Part shown: in pieces, positions 47,068 to 55,324 of the stretch | Layout: each line of letters opens with the position of its first letter | How positions within the stretch are numbered: position 1 is the stretch's first letter | Origin: a virus | Virus record (IMG/VR): IMGVR_UViG_3300018063_000001 | Coordinates: 1 to 64,000 of that record | DNA: 64,000 nt | Direction: 5' to 3' (one strand) | Notes under the pieces: generated by a model | Told to the model about the DNA's origin: nothing | What the model saw: the letters and a program-made list of their open reading frames with translations, nothing else | Databases searched by the model: none | Made by a program: the position numbers and the translations under genes

Positions 47068-47207
47068 TTTAGATTCTCCTTTGTTAATTGTTTAACTAAT
47101 TCACGCTCTTGTAAGCGCAAGTTGATAATTTTGAGCCTCAATTTGCATAGCTTATCTTGCAGGGGGTGGGCATGAACTTGTTGGCAGAGAGGGCAGACGG
47201 TCATCAT
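47037..47207 (-). CDS. Small Cys-containing protein (56 aa)
   Basis: ATGATG start overlaps the upstream TGA. CPLC motif. The 3' end overlaps the next gene start. Confidence 0.35.
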   Translation of the reverse strand: MMTVCPLCQQVHAHPLQDKLCKLRLKIINLRLQERELVKQLTKENLKCYRIMACTN

Positions 47208-47488
47208 TTAGCTACTCGCCTTCTGACCACTGTGAAGTTTTTACTGTTGAAATCATCTAAGTCAGCGTAGAGCTCATTACGAAAATCCTGTCTAATATAC
47301 CGCGATAGCCTTTTAGCCATTGACATATCATCTTGGCCACTTAGAATAACGTGTGCTTTATTTTCATCACCGCTTATGGTAACAATAAGGTTAAGTTTGT
47401 CGCTATCAGTTAAAACTTGGCGTATGTACTCTGTGACTATTTGGGTTACGTTAGCAATCATTTCAAATCTTACTTTTGAAACTATCAT
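47204..47488 (-). CDS. Hypothetical protein
   Basis: 94-aa in-operon ORF. Confidence 0.5.
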   Translation of the reverse strand: MIVSKVRFEMIANVTQIVTEYIRQVLTDSDKLNLIVTISGDENKAHVILSGQDDMSMAKRLSRYIRQDFRNELYADLDDFNSKNFTVVRRRVAK

Positions 47489-47609
47489 ATCACATATCCC
47501 GAAAATCAGTTAGTTGAATCGGTGGGAAAACAGGCCAATTAAATGTTGGCAAGCGCCAACTTTCGGGGAAAGTGCCACGAATCAACACTTCTAGTACTTC
47601 TAGGATATT

Positions 47610-48839
47610 CTAGGAGTATTTTTCCACAATTCTATCTATCTTTTTGTTGTAAAACTGTCCAAACTTACCCTCTCCCCATATCGTTTGGCTTATGGCCTGA
47701 TATGGAGTACCACCTTTAACCATATCCAGAATGGCTTGTTCTTCATCGGTTGTTGGCTGAATAACTAAATCAGGTAACAATAATTGATTGCCCGTTCCAC
47801 CAAACAGCGCCACTCGCTTCCTATCCTTTTTCGACTGGCCTGGATAAAGTACATATCCAACATTGCGACTCCTATCAATCAAGCCGGCCTCGTTCATCCC
47901 CGGCTCGATAAACAGCTTATAAAAGTTCTGATGCAATGCCGCGCCAACTTTGCCAACCCCCCAAGCGTTAGCCGTGTCAAGGTGAATCATGAAGTATAGG
48001 ATGATATTCACGCTGGCATAAAGGGTGGTTGCGTCCAGAATAAACGCCTCGGATTCGTCTAGCAGATGAGCACGAATCGCTGTCCAATCATCAAAGAATA
48101 TCGGCTGGATAGGATGCTGTTTATGGCTTAGATTCTCATTAGTGTGTCTATCCTGTGCGAGCTGCTTAACAATCCTCATGCCACGTGATACCTGTTCAAA
48201 ATTGTACTGACCACCGAACAAAACACATCCTTCCCACTCGCCCTTATCCCACTTGGGGCCGATAACTACTGGCTTACTACCGGTGCTAATCCAGTGCTGT
48301 GCAATGCGCCGAGCCTGGAATGTTTTACCAACGTGTTGGCCGGCTATGATTGCATAACTTTGCGTAGATTGCGTAAAGATGGTGAGTAAGTCAAGGCTAG
48401 ATTCACCCTGTAGCGCCACCGTACTGGCCTGTAAGGCGATTTGTCGCGGTGCGTGTTCAATGATATGCGCTTGCGTCTCAAACGGCTCTGGCTGGCGTAG
48501 ATGCGAGTTGACGCGCCATAGGGGTTTGGTTCTATCTAGTAGGACAAACTCAGTAGTTCGTTTGCCGTTCTCGCCAGTAACTTCCTCGCGAATCCAGACA
48601 TCGGCGTGGATGATATTAGCATCTAATTCGGCGCGTCTGCGAGATGCTTTTTTAGTTAATAGAACTTCCTTAGCTAAAAGGCCAGCTAATACTGCAAATA
48701 CGATTAACGATATTGCTAAAATGCCTAACACAAGCCTGGCGAATATAGTAAACTCGCTCTGCGTAGCTGGCAATATGCCAAAGGATAGCAATAAGGCCAA
48801 TCCAAATATTAAGATGCAGGTTCTTGTCTGCCAACTCAT
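47610..48839 (-). CDS. Membrane-anchored P-loop NTPase (FtsK/VirD4/Zot-like?)
   Basis: Two N-terminal TM segments, Walker A AGQHVGKT, Walker B-like PIFFDDW. Met at 48839 is chosen over the listed 48953. Confidence 0.5.
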   Translation of the reverse strand: MSWQTRTCILIFGLALLLSFGILPATQSEFTIFARLVLGILAISLIVFAVLAGLLAKEVLLTKKASRRRAELDANIIHADVWIREEVTGENGKRTTEFVLLDRTKPLWRVNSHLRQPEPFETQAHIIEHAPRQIALQASTVALQGESSLDLLTIFTQSTQSYAIIAGQHVGKTFQARRIAQHWISTGSKPVVIGPKWDKGEWEGCVLFGGQYNFEQVSRGMRIVKQLAQDRHTNENLSHKQHPIQPIFFDDWTAIRAHLLDESEAFILDATTLYASVNIILYFMIHLDTANAWGVGKVGAALHQNFYKLFIEPGMNEAGLIDRSRNVGYVLYPGQSKKDRKRVALFGGTGNQLLLPDLVIQPTTDEEQAILDMVKGGTPYQAISQTIWGEGKFGQFYNKKIDRIVEKYS

Positions 48840-49137
48840 CAGGGTAATTACCCCGTTCCCAATACGAGATACGCTGTTTGCGTTGCATGTAATCGAGTAG
48901 CACCATGCCCGGAAAAGCAAATAGGAATATAAAGCCGATGTCGAATATGACATGTTGTACCAGCATTGACGTATCCCATCTTAACCATGCCTCAGCTAAT
49001 CCTATCCACATGACTAGCTGCTGGCCGATTAGACTCCATACCTGAAAATACACGGGTAGGCGTATGATGACTAACGCCAGAATGATGCTTGCTACTCCAA
49101 AGAATGTTGCTACACCCAATAGCGACATATCTAACAT
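48670..49137 (-). CDS. Integral membrane protein
   Basis: Met at 49137 is preceded by GGGGAG. 3-4 TM segments. The 3' ~170 nt overlap the next gene out of frame. Confidence 0.4.
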   Translation of the reverse strand: MLDMSLLGVATFFGVASIILALVIIRLPVYFQVWSLIGQQLVMWIGLAEAWLRWDTSMLVQHVIFDIGFIFLFAFPGMVLLDYMQRKQRISYWERGNYPDELADKNLHLNIWIGLIAILWHIASYAERVYYIRQACVRHFSNIVNRICSISWPFS

Positions 49138-49211
49138 TTTTAATCTCCCCATTCGGTTTAATTTTAATAGCCTCCCCAAGTATAAACTAGTGCCTAGTTT
49201 TAATGCAATTA

Positions 49212-49499
49212 TTACCTAAATGTAACTATGTTGTTAACGTCTATCCCTAGCTCTAATTGCCATAGCACATTAATACATACTGATGCAATTTGAATTAGCT
49301 CTAGCTCAGGTGAGTCATCATGCTTGCCACGGAAAGCCAGAATCATCTCGGCAACTTCCTCTAGTATCGTTGTAACTTTTGGCCTTTTGTATCTGTTTTT
49401 TATTGCCTCATCTACAACCCTGTTAGCCGCTTCGTCAAATGCCTGAACTTCCACAAAGCTTAAGTCTTTATACATGGAATCTAGTCCGTGGTTATTCAT
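49212..49499 (-). CDS. Hypothetical protein (possibly small MazG-like helical protein)
   Basis: EEVAEMILA...ELELIQIASVCI helices. Weak resemblance only. Confidence 0.3.
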   Translation of the reverse strand: MNNHGLDSMYKDLSFVEVQAFDEAANRVVDEAIKNRYKRPKVTTILEEVAEMILAFRGKHDDSPELELIQIASVCINVLWQLELGIDVNNIVTFR

Positions 49500-49692
49500 T
49501 CCTTGACTCCCTTTGCCAGTCCTCTACACATGAGGGGCATAGCGTTTCAGCGTTCACGATTGCCCATCCTAGCTGATAGAAAAAACGCGCTGCCTCAAAA
49601 CGGGTATAGCTAGCGGCTGATAAGTCGAAGTTGGATTTACAGATAGAACAAATTACACGGTGATAGGTTTGAATTGCCTCTAATAGTGTCAT
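49492..49692 (-). CDS. Small Cys4 protein
   Basis: CSIC...CPSC zinc-ribbon spacing. Confidence 0.45.
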   Translation of the reverse strand: MTLLEAIQTYHRVICSICKSNFDLSAASYTRFEAARFFYQLGWAIVNAETLCPSCVEDWQRESRNE

Positions 49693-49883
49693 ACCGTTAT
49701 CGATTCACGTTCACGTATAAATTGCGCTAATCTCGATACTAGGTCGGCTGTTTCCAAAAAGAACTCCCTGCGTTCCCTTTTAGGGGCATGTACTGCCCAC
49801 TTGCGCCGCTCATCTGCCATCTGTTCTAGTAGTAAAGCGCATGCCTCACGCTCATCTAACTTTGCTTGCTCAACTTCTGACAC
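49689..49883 (-). CDS. Hypothetical protein
   Basis: ATGA-type overlap. No motif. Confidence 0.45.
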   Translation of the reverse strand: MSEVEQAKLDEREACALLLEQMADERRKWAVHAPKRERREFFLETADLVSRLAQFIRERESITV

Positions 49884-49906
49884 GATCCTTTCATCTTTCT
49901 ACCCCA

Positions 49907-50182
49907 CTACCACGCATTATAAAACCTGATAATTGTCACTTCTTTTGGAAGCCTTGATAATTCAAGCTGATAACCATCCCTGCTATCATCTCCCCATTCT
50001 TGCAGGATGTTATCAATATCAATTTCGACTCCACTTTCGTCTGGCTCCTCACCATTAAAAAAATCCTCTACTTCATCGGGAATAGAAATATGAGCCAGTA
50101 AGCAAGCGTCGTAAATCGCTTTCATCTTGTGCCACCTTTCATCAGGTGGTCTAAATGCAACTACATGTGTACTCATGCTCAT
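49907..50182 (-). CDS. Hypothetical acidic protein
   Basis: In-operon ORF. Confidence 0.45.
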   Translation of the reverse strand: MSMSTHVVAFRPPDERWHKMKAIYDACLLAHISIPDEVEDFFNGEEPDESGVEIDIDNILQEWGDDSRDGYQLELSRLPKEVTIIRFYNAW

Positions 50183-50484
50183 AAATTACTTGTCCTTTCT
50201 ACGCTGTTAGCTCCCCCAAGATATTTATCCCTTGCATCTAAAATACAGTCTGCTATTACCCCAATGGACAGAACCAAATTATCATCCCGTACCATCTCCC
50301 GTTCATATTCCATTGCACTGTCGTGCGCGGTTACTAAATCAGGCGCTAGAACAAATAAATCATACCCCGGTAATACTGATTCCCGCTTACCCATTTTAAC
50401 CTTCCAAACGATAAAACTGTCCGGTAAGAATTTAACTATCATTGATATTTCTCCTTTATACTTTGAATTTATAAGCTGCTTCAA
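50179..50484 (-). CDS. Hypothetical protein
   Basis: In-operon ORF overlapping the downstream start. Confidence 0.45.
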   Translation of the reverse strand: MKQLINSKYKGEISMIVKFLPDSFIVWKVKMGKRESVLPGYDLFVLAPDLVTAHDSAMEYEREMVRDDNLVLSIGVIADCILDARDKYLGGANSVERTSNL

Positions 50485-50507
50485 AAGCTTTTGTTAGCTT
50501 CCCCAAG

Positions 50508-50786
50508 CTATACCTCTATTTTGTATTGTTGCCCCTGTAATACCTTCTCAAACTCTTCCTTGTTACGTGGTAGGTCGTGAAGAGTTAAAACCAACTTATT
50601 CCCATCTGGTCTATGTAGTAAAATCTCAGTATCCCCGTCTGCAATTTGTATAATATCAGACCAATATATACCGTCTAGGTAACTGAGTGGATGCCTAAAG
50701 CGTAGGGTAATCTGAGGACTTCCCCAAAAAGAAGGGGTAACAATCGCTTCCTCTATAGGATTCCAGTCGTTCTTGTATATCTTCAT
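50508..50786 (-). CDS. Hypothetical protein
   Basis: ATGA-type overlap with the upstream gene. Confidence 0.45.
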   Translation of the reverse strand: MKIYKNDWNPIEEAIVTPSFWGSPQITLRFRHPLSYLDGIYWSDIIQIADGDTEILLHRPDGNKLVLTLHDLPRNKEEFEKVLQGQQYKIEV

Positions 50787-51295
50787 GCCTTAAACTCCCA
50801 TGCTTTACGCCAAGCCTTGTCCCATCCCTTATGTTTACCCAGTACCACTTTTAACGCTGCCACCGTCTCACCTTGTCTAGCGTTTAGCTTGAATTGGAAG
50901 CATTGTTGTAAAAAGGCGCTAGAGCGAGGGATGTATTTACGCTGTCCATTTTCAAACAAGTATACCTGAACGTCAGGATTGCAACCCCCCGCTAGAATCG
51001 CACACTTATAACCAAGCTGAGATAAAGCGCGTATTTTTGCGTACTCATTTACAGTTGGCGGCGTTGGCTTAATCTCTAGGTAATTATAGTTACAGGATAG
51101 CAAGCCGAAATCAGGAGTGTACATGTGAATATCAGTCCCATAGTATTCAGGAAAGAAGAATCGCTTAGGTTCATAAGTGGCTACAATTCCAAGTGTAGTA
51201 AGAAATATGTACCAACGTACTTCCAGCTTGCTCCTAAAACGAATCCCGCAATAGTCAACAGATTCATAGGGTATTGAGTATGTTCTATCACCCAT
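50783..51295 (-). CDS. PD-(D/E)XK-type nuclease (TnsA-N / Vsr / DUF1064-like)
   Basis: FRSKLEVRWYIFL...YEPK...YTPDF...YLEIKP gives the S..E / PD / ExK arrangement of restriction-endonuclease-fold proteins. Confidence 0.45.
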   Translation of the reverse strand: MGDRTYSIPYESVDYCGIRFRSKLEVRWYIFLTTLGIVATYEPKRFFFPEYYGTDIHMYTPDFGLLSCNYNYLEIKPTPPTVNEYAKIRALSQLGYKCAILAGGCNPDVQVYLFENGQRKYIPRSSAFLQQCFQFKLNARQGETVAALKVVLGKHKGWDKAWRKAWEFKA

Positions 51296-51896
51296 ATGTT
51301 AAATCCTTAGTAAGCCACTCCCATGCTTTTCTGCTTTGTATCCTGCTAACGTATCCGCTACTAATACCATAGCGATTAGCGGTTATACGTCTAGATTCTT
51401 TACCTCGTAAGCTGAAAATTTCTATTACCTGTAGCTTAGTTAGTCTAGCCAAGCCATGATTTTCACCTCGATTATCTGGTATCTTTCCTCTGCCTTTTTT
51501 ATCTCTGTCTACCATATTGTCTCTATGCGTACCCAGAAATAAGTGATTAGGATTCACGCAAGTAGGATTGTCGCAAGTATGGCAAACATCCATACTATCT
51601 GAAAGATAGCCATGTTCTAGTTCATAAGACAAACGATGGGCTAGAACATCTTTAGTACCATTCCAAATCGTTCCATATCCCGTTGTTTTACCGGCCAGCC
51701 ATAACCAGCACTCATCGGGATTACGTCTATCTACTCTTTCCCAAAATCGTTGTTCTAGTAAACTTGTCTTTTTCCTTTGACATGCTCTTTTACATGGCCT
51801 ACTACAGAACTTGCTTCCTTTAAGGGCTTTATTTAGTGGTCTATAATACTCATTCCCGCACTCGGTACATAGCAATTTAACTGACATTATTATCAC
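51288..51896 (-). CDS. HNH homing endonuclease (HNH_3 type) with C-terminal HTH
   Basis: AHRLSYEL...CHTCDNPTCVNPNHLFLGTHRDNMVD. C-terminal VIEIFSLRG...ISSGYVSRIQSRKAW. Confidence 0.75.
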   Translation of the reverse strand: MIIMSVKLLCTECGNEYYRPLNKALKGSKFCSRPCKRACQRKKTSLLEQRFWERVDRRNPDECWLWLAGKTTGYGTIWNGTKDVLAHRLSYELEHGYLSDSMDVCHTCDNPTCVNPNHLFLGTHRDNMVDRDKKGRGKIPDNRGENHGLARLTKLQVIEIFSLRGKESRRITANRYGISSGYVSRIQSRKAWEWLTKDLTYG

Positions 51897-51978
51897 CTAC
51901 TCATTAAAAGGATTCTCCATGCTATCCAACGCCAATGTTGCCAGCAGGAATGACATAGCAGCCAGGAATAGGATTAAG

Positions 51979-52566
51979 CTAGTTATGTCCATTTGGCCTC
52001 TTTTCACAATACCTCATATGGATACTATACTTTTGAGGCTTAATCAAGTCCTCATTACAATATGGACATATATACATACGTTTATACGTCGTAGGATTCG
52101 TAGTAGAGTAGCCAGCCTTAGCCTTGCGAACTTCAGCGTTAATCCTTTTCGTCTCAGCATTGATTAGCTGAATCTGCGCTTCCGTCTCACTTACCTTTTC
52201 GACTATCTCAGTTTCCATACTTCGCAGAATAGCATAGGCAAAGTAAGAAAATGGTGCCAGGATGAAGAATATCAGAATAGCTGTATTGTGTAGTACCAGA
52301 TAGCCACTACCGATATAAGCCGCAATTCCAACCAGTGATACATAGAACTCAATGCCATAATTGCGCTGGCGATGTAGCTTGACTACGGCATAGCAACTAG
52401 CACCCCCTATAGCTTCTATACCGATGAAAGCACCGATAGCAGCAAGCCAGGCTAATGCAAGACTTTGATTCACAAAGTATAAATAAGCTTGCAAGGCCAC
52501 GCCTAAAGCCGATGGTATGGGTGCGGATAGGGGAGCGGCTAAAGCTTGAATTTTAGGTAGATTCAT
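51979..52566 (-). CDS. Membrane protein with coiled-coil and C-terminal zinc ribbon
   Basis: Four TM-like segments, then ETEAQIQLINAETKRINAEVRKAKA, then CPYC...H..YC. Confidence 0.45.
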   Translation of the reverse strand: MNLPKIQALAAPLSAPIPSALGVALQAYLYFVNQSLALAWLAAIGAFIGIEAIGGASCYAVVKLHRQRNYGIEFYVSLVGIAAYIGSGYLVLHNTAILIFFILAPFSYFAYAILRSMETEIVEKVSETEAQIQLINAETKRINAEVRKAKAGYSTTNPTTYKRMYICPYCNEDLIKPQKYSIHMRYCEKRPNGHN

Positions 52567-52699
52567 TTTCTACAAACTCTATTGTGATAGTAAATTCAGT
52601 CTCACACTTTGGGCAAATAATTTCTAACTCAGTAGTGGGCTGTAAGGCGATTGCCTCTATATCAGATTCTTCACCGCAAGCTGGACAATAAAATTTCAT
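52553..52699 (-). CDS. Small zinc-ribbon protein (48 aa)
   Basis: CPAC...CPKC. ATGA overlap upstream, and the 3' end overlaps the next start. Confidence 0.4.
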   Translation of the reverse strand: MKFYCPACGEESDIEAIALQPTTELEIICPKCETEFTITIEFVENEST

Positions 52700-52899
52700 T
52701 CCTCACCCATTAACCATTTAACAGCTTCCTCTTCATCCTGAGTAATACAAAGGAGTTTTCCTATGGCGTTACCGTCATCTTTCCTCACCATATAGTTATT
52801 GTTATATATTTCTACGTTAGATGTATCGAAAATAAGCCATCTACTACCAACTTCAATGCGATGTATCTTTTTAGCTTTCAGTGCTTCTACTATTGTCAT
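52696..52899 (-). CDS. Hypothetical protein
   Basis: 67-aa in-operon ORF. Confidence 0.45.
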   Translation of the reverse strand: MTIVEALKAKKIHRIEVGSRWLIFDTSNVEIYNNNYMVRKDDGNAIGKLLCITQDEEEAVKWLMGEE

Positions 52900-52989
52900 G
52901 CAAAATCCCCTTTATGACACTCACTACATATCCACTTACCGCATCTGAGTATCATGTCTACCCATTTTTGACAGTTTAGACAGTAGCCT

Positions 52990-53652
52990 TTAGTCATCGA
53001 TTCTAACATGTGTCCATATCTTCTCTCTATAAATTTCACTGATAAGCGAAGCACTTACCCTAAAATGCCTTGCTAGAAATGCTTGTGATACCTGTTGCTT
53101 AAGTAGTTTTTTTATTTCTATAACTTGGCTTGTAATGAGTTTCGAATTTCCATTTACCTCACCCTTAGCCGCGCGGCCCTTACGTTTCATATCTGCTACA
53201 TTGTCTAAATGTGTACCCAAGAATAAGTGATTAGGATTCACGCAGATACGATTGTCACATTTATGAAGTACAAAGTCGGGACTATTGATAGGCCATTCTG
53301 GATGATGTAAATGGTAAGATAGCCTATGCGCTGTCCACGTCCTATTTATTTTCACGCTCCCATAGTCGCCAGTCTTGCCGCCTATCCACTCCCAACATTC
53401 ATCAGGTTTACCCGCTTTAACATTAGGCCAAAATCTTTGTTCAATTGGCTTACTACTGAGTGTTTGACCTTGCTTCCTGCATTTGGCCTGTTGTCTTTGT
53501 TCTCTTGTAGTGTGTTTACCGAGAATTGTATTTATGGTAGTATTATGACATCCATATTCACTAGCTAAAGTTCTAATTGTCTCCCTGGTAGTTAGTAATC
53601 TTTCAACTATTTCTAATTCTGGTAATGGTAGTTTTTTAGCCATCTTTTTCAT
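52990..53652 (-). CDS. HNH homing endonuclease (HNH_3 type), paralogue 2
   Basis: AHRLSYHL...LHKCDNRICVNPNHLFLGTHLDNVAD. Shares a ~47-nt near-identical DNA stretch with 51288..51896 (53213-53259 vs 51529-51575). Confidence 0.75.
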   Translation of the reverse strand: MKKMAKKLPLPELEIVERLLTTRETIRTLASEYGCHNTTINTILGKHTTREQRQQAKCRKQGQTLSSKPIEQRFWPNVKAGKPDECWEWIGGKTGDYGSVKINRTWTAHRLSYHLHHPEWPINSPDFVLHKCDNRICVNPNHLFLGTHLDNVADMKRKGRAAKGEVNGNSKLITSQVIEIKKLLKQQVSQAFLARHFRVSASLISEIYREKIWTHVRIDD

Positions 53653-53776
53653 CTTTCAATTCCCCGCTCCCATAACACACCATACACATCCCAGTGTTAG
53701 CGCACTCCTTGCAGCCCTTACCTCTACACTTGGGATGCTTACCAGTGCCATTGCACTCAAAGCATTTCCGCTTCAT
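53636..53776 (-). CDS. DnaJ-type CxxCxGxG zinc-finger mini-protein (46 aa)
   Basis: CFECNGTG ... CKEC ... CMVCYGSG repeats. Overlaps both neighbours. Not in the ORF track. Confidence 0.4.
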   Translation of the reverse strand: MKRKCFECNGTGKHPKCRGKGCKECANTGMCMVCYGSGELKDEKDG

Positions 53777-53939
53777 CTCGCTTCTTTCGCCTCATCTCAG
53801 CTATCCTCTCTGAGATAACTTGTAGGATAGTTAGAGCACCGTGCGTCTTGCAGAGGTAGCCGGTGGGAGTCGGTAACGTAGGTTCAAAGCAGGATGGGCA
53901 GTAGAAGCGAGGGATTTGATATTTCGTTTCGGTAGTCAT
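53757..53939 (-). CDS. Small zinc-ribbon protein
   Basis: CPSC...C..H spacing. ATGA overlap with the upstream gene. Confidence 0.45.
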   Translation of the reverse strand: MTTETKYQIPRFYCPSCFEPTLPTPTGYLCKTHGALTILQVISERIAEMRRKKRDEAEML

Positions 53940-54193
53940 CCTGCTGTCTTCATCTTTCTAGCAGCTTCATGTATCTCAGTCACCCAGTTCTCATTATCAA
54001 ACAATTCAAGGACTGTGGCATGTGCCATAGCTGCCATTTGCGCATTAGCATACCAGTTCTCACCAAATAATTGGCGACATAAGCGGAGACATTCAAGTCC
54101 TTGCCGTACTATATATGACTTGTTCCCCTTATTTAGTGAACTGGCATACTCGAAAAGCTCATCCGACACCGTACTATTTATACGCTTGGTCAT
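53936..54193 (-). CDS. Putative ribbon-helix-helix regulator, first gene of the leftward operon
   Basis: MTKRINSTVSDELFEYASSLNKGNKSYIVRQGLE fits a beta-strand/helix/helix N-terminus. Lies immediately downstream of the leftward promoter. Confidence 0.4.
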   Translation of the reverse strand: MTKRINSTVSDELFEYASSLNKGNKSYIVRQGLECLRLCRQLFGENWYANAQMAAMAHATVLELFDNENWVTEIHEAARKMKTAG

Positions 54194-54220
54194 AGTAAAC
54201 CCTAAACTTAAGATGACCTT

Positions 54221-54249
54221 ATCTTATCACAGTAGGTATATAGTGTCAA
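54221..54249 (-). promoter_or_regulatory. Leftward sigma70-type promoter
   Basis: On the minus strand: TTGACA (54249-54244), a 17-nt spacer ending in TGTGA, then TAAGAT (54226-54221). ATG at 54193. Confidence 0.55.
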
Positions 54250-54291
54250 GTGCATTTATGGCAGTTATGCACAATTTTAAGGTTGGATATA

Positions 54292-54321
54292 TTGACAACC
54301 GACGTTGGTATGTGATATAGT
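54292..54321 (+). promoter_or_regulatory. Rightward sigma70-type promoter
   Basis: TTGACA (54292-54297), an 18-nt spacer ending in TGTGA, then TATAGT (54316-54321), giving an extended -10 TGn. The first ORF starts at 54399 with an AAAGGAG RBS. Confidence 0.6.
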
Positions 54322-54398
54322 ATCTTTAGCTGGCAGAACCACTAGCCAAACAGTAAGTACCCGTGAAAGATGTTTACGTATTAAAAAGGAGTCCGAAA

Positions 54399-54539
54399 AT
54401 GTCAAAGCCACTTAGAAGTATGTCAGATGTTGAGCGCAAACAAGCTATTGCCCGCCGTTTAGCGAGTCAGTCAAAGGGACTCGGCTATTGGGCCGCTGTT
54501 GATGCGGATAGAAAGTATGTGCAAAAGGAGTCAAAATGA
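54399..54539 (+). CDS. Small basic protein (46 aa)
   Basis: AAAGGAG RBS. Stop overlaps the next ATG (ATGA). Confidence 0.45.
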   Translation: MSKPLRSMSDVERKQAIARRLASQSKGLGYWAAVDADRKYVQKESK

Positions 54540-54688
54540 CCTGTTCTATTTGCGGTGATAAAACTGATGGCGCTCGCTTGTTATGCGCTAAACACTACAG
54601 CGTTGCCAAAGTTCCCAATACTAGCCCTGTACCTGCTGAGGATATGAGTAAGCGGAGGGAAGGTAGGGAACGGGAGATGAAGAAGTGA
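54536..54688 (+). CDS. Small Cys protein (50 aa)
   Basis: CSICGD...LCAKH. Coupled on both sides. Confidence 0.4.
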   Translation: MTCSICGDKTDGARLLCAKHYSVAKVPNTSPVPAEDMSKRREGREREMKK

Positions 54689-54966
54689 AATCAGAACTTG
54701 ATAAGTACCAAAACTTAAGCCTTGCCAGGATTAAAGGCGGTCATTTTTGCATTGACAATCAACGCTTTATTAAGGATCGTCCTATGTCAAAATCTATAGA
54801 TGACCTGGACAGGCTATTAGATTCAAGTGATAAATTAGCTTCAGAAGCAATTGAGGCTGGCGACATTGGCTTACTTGGTAAGGCAGATACTTTCAGTAAC
54901 AGCTTAGATTCGCTAGAGGCTAAAATAGAATTGAACTTGGCAGGCGCAAGTTTCTTATCGAATTAA
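54685..54966 (+). CDS. Hypothetical protein
   Basis: GTGA overlap start. 93 aa. Confidence 0.5.
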   Translation: MKSELDKYQNLSLARIKGGHFCIDNQRFIKDRPMSKSIDDLDRLLDSSDKLASEAIEAGDIGLLGKADTFSNSLDSLEAKIELNLAGASFLSN

Positions 54967-54987
54967 ACTAACGAAAGGAGAATCGAC

Positions 54988-55113
54988 ATGGACAAGAAGA
55001 TTTACCACAAGCCTAGACTCATTAAGCACGCTCAGTTAAAAAACATCACCTTCTCTGAGCCAAAATGTGACAAATGGGATGACGAAGGGGACGACGGCGG
55101 GAGTGAGGGATAA
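54988..55113 (+). CDS. 41-aa peptide with lasso/RRE-type leader-like N-terminus and acidic C-terminus
   Basis: AAAGGAG RBS 7 nt upstream. MDKKIYHKPRLIKHAQLKNITF-SEPKCDKWDDEGDDGGSEG. Confidence 0.5.
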   Translation: MDKKIYHKPRLIKHAQLKNITFSEPKCDKWDDEGDDGGSEG

Positions 55114-55324
55114 CCTAGCTGGTAAACGGTGACGCCTCATTGAGGATAGTGCTAGACACTTGACCATTAACTGGCTAGTTCAAATGAAAGGATAACTTGC
55201 CTAGTGAATAGAAATCAGACGTTATGTACTAGAAGGCTTGTCAGATAGGCAAGCTAATCAATGCCGTATACGGCAACAAGCCGACGTATGGCCTTAGACA
55301 ATCATTCAAGATGAAAGGTAAAAA

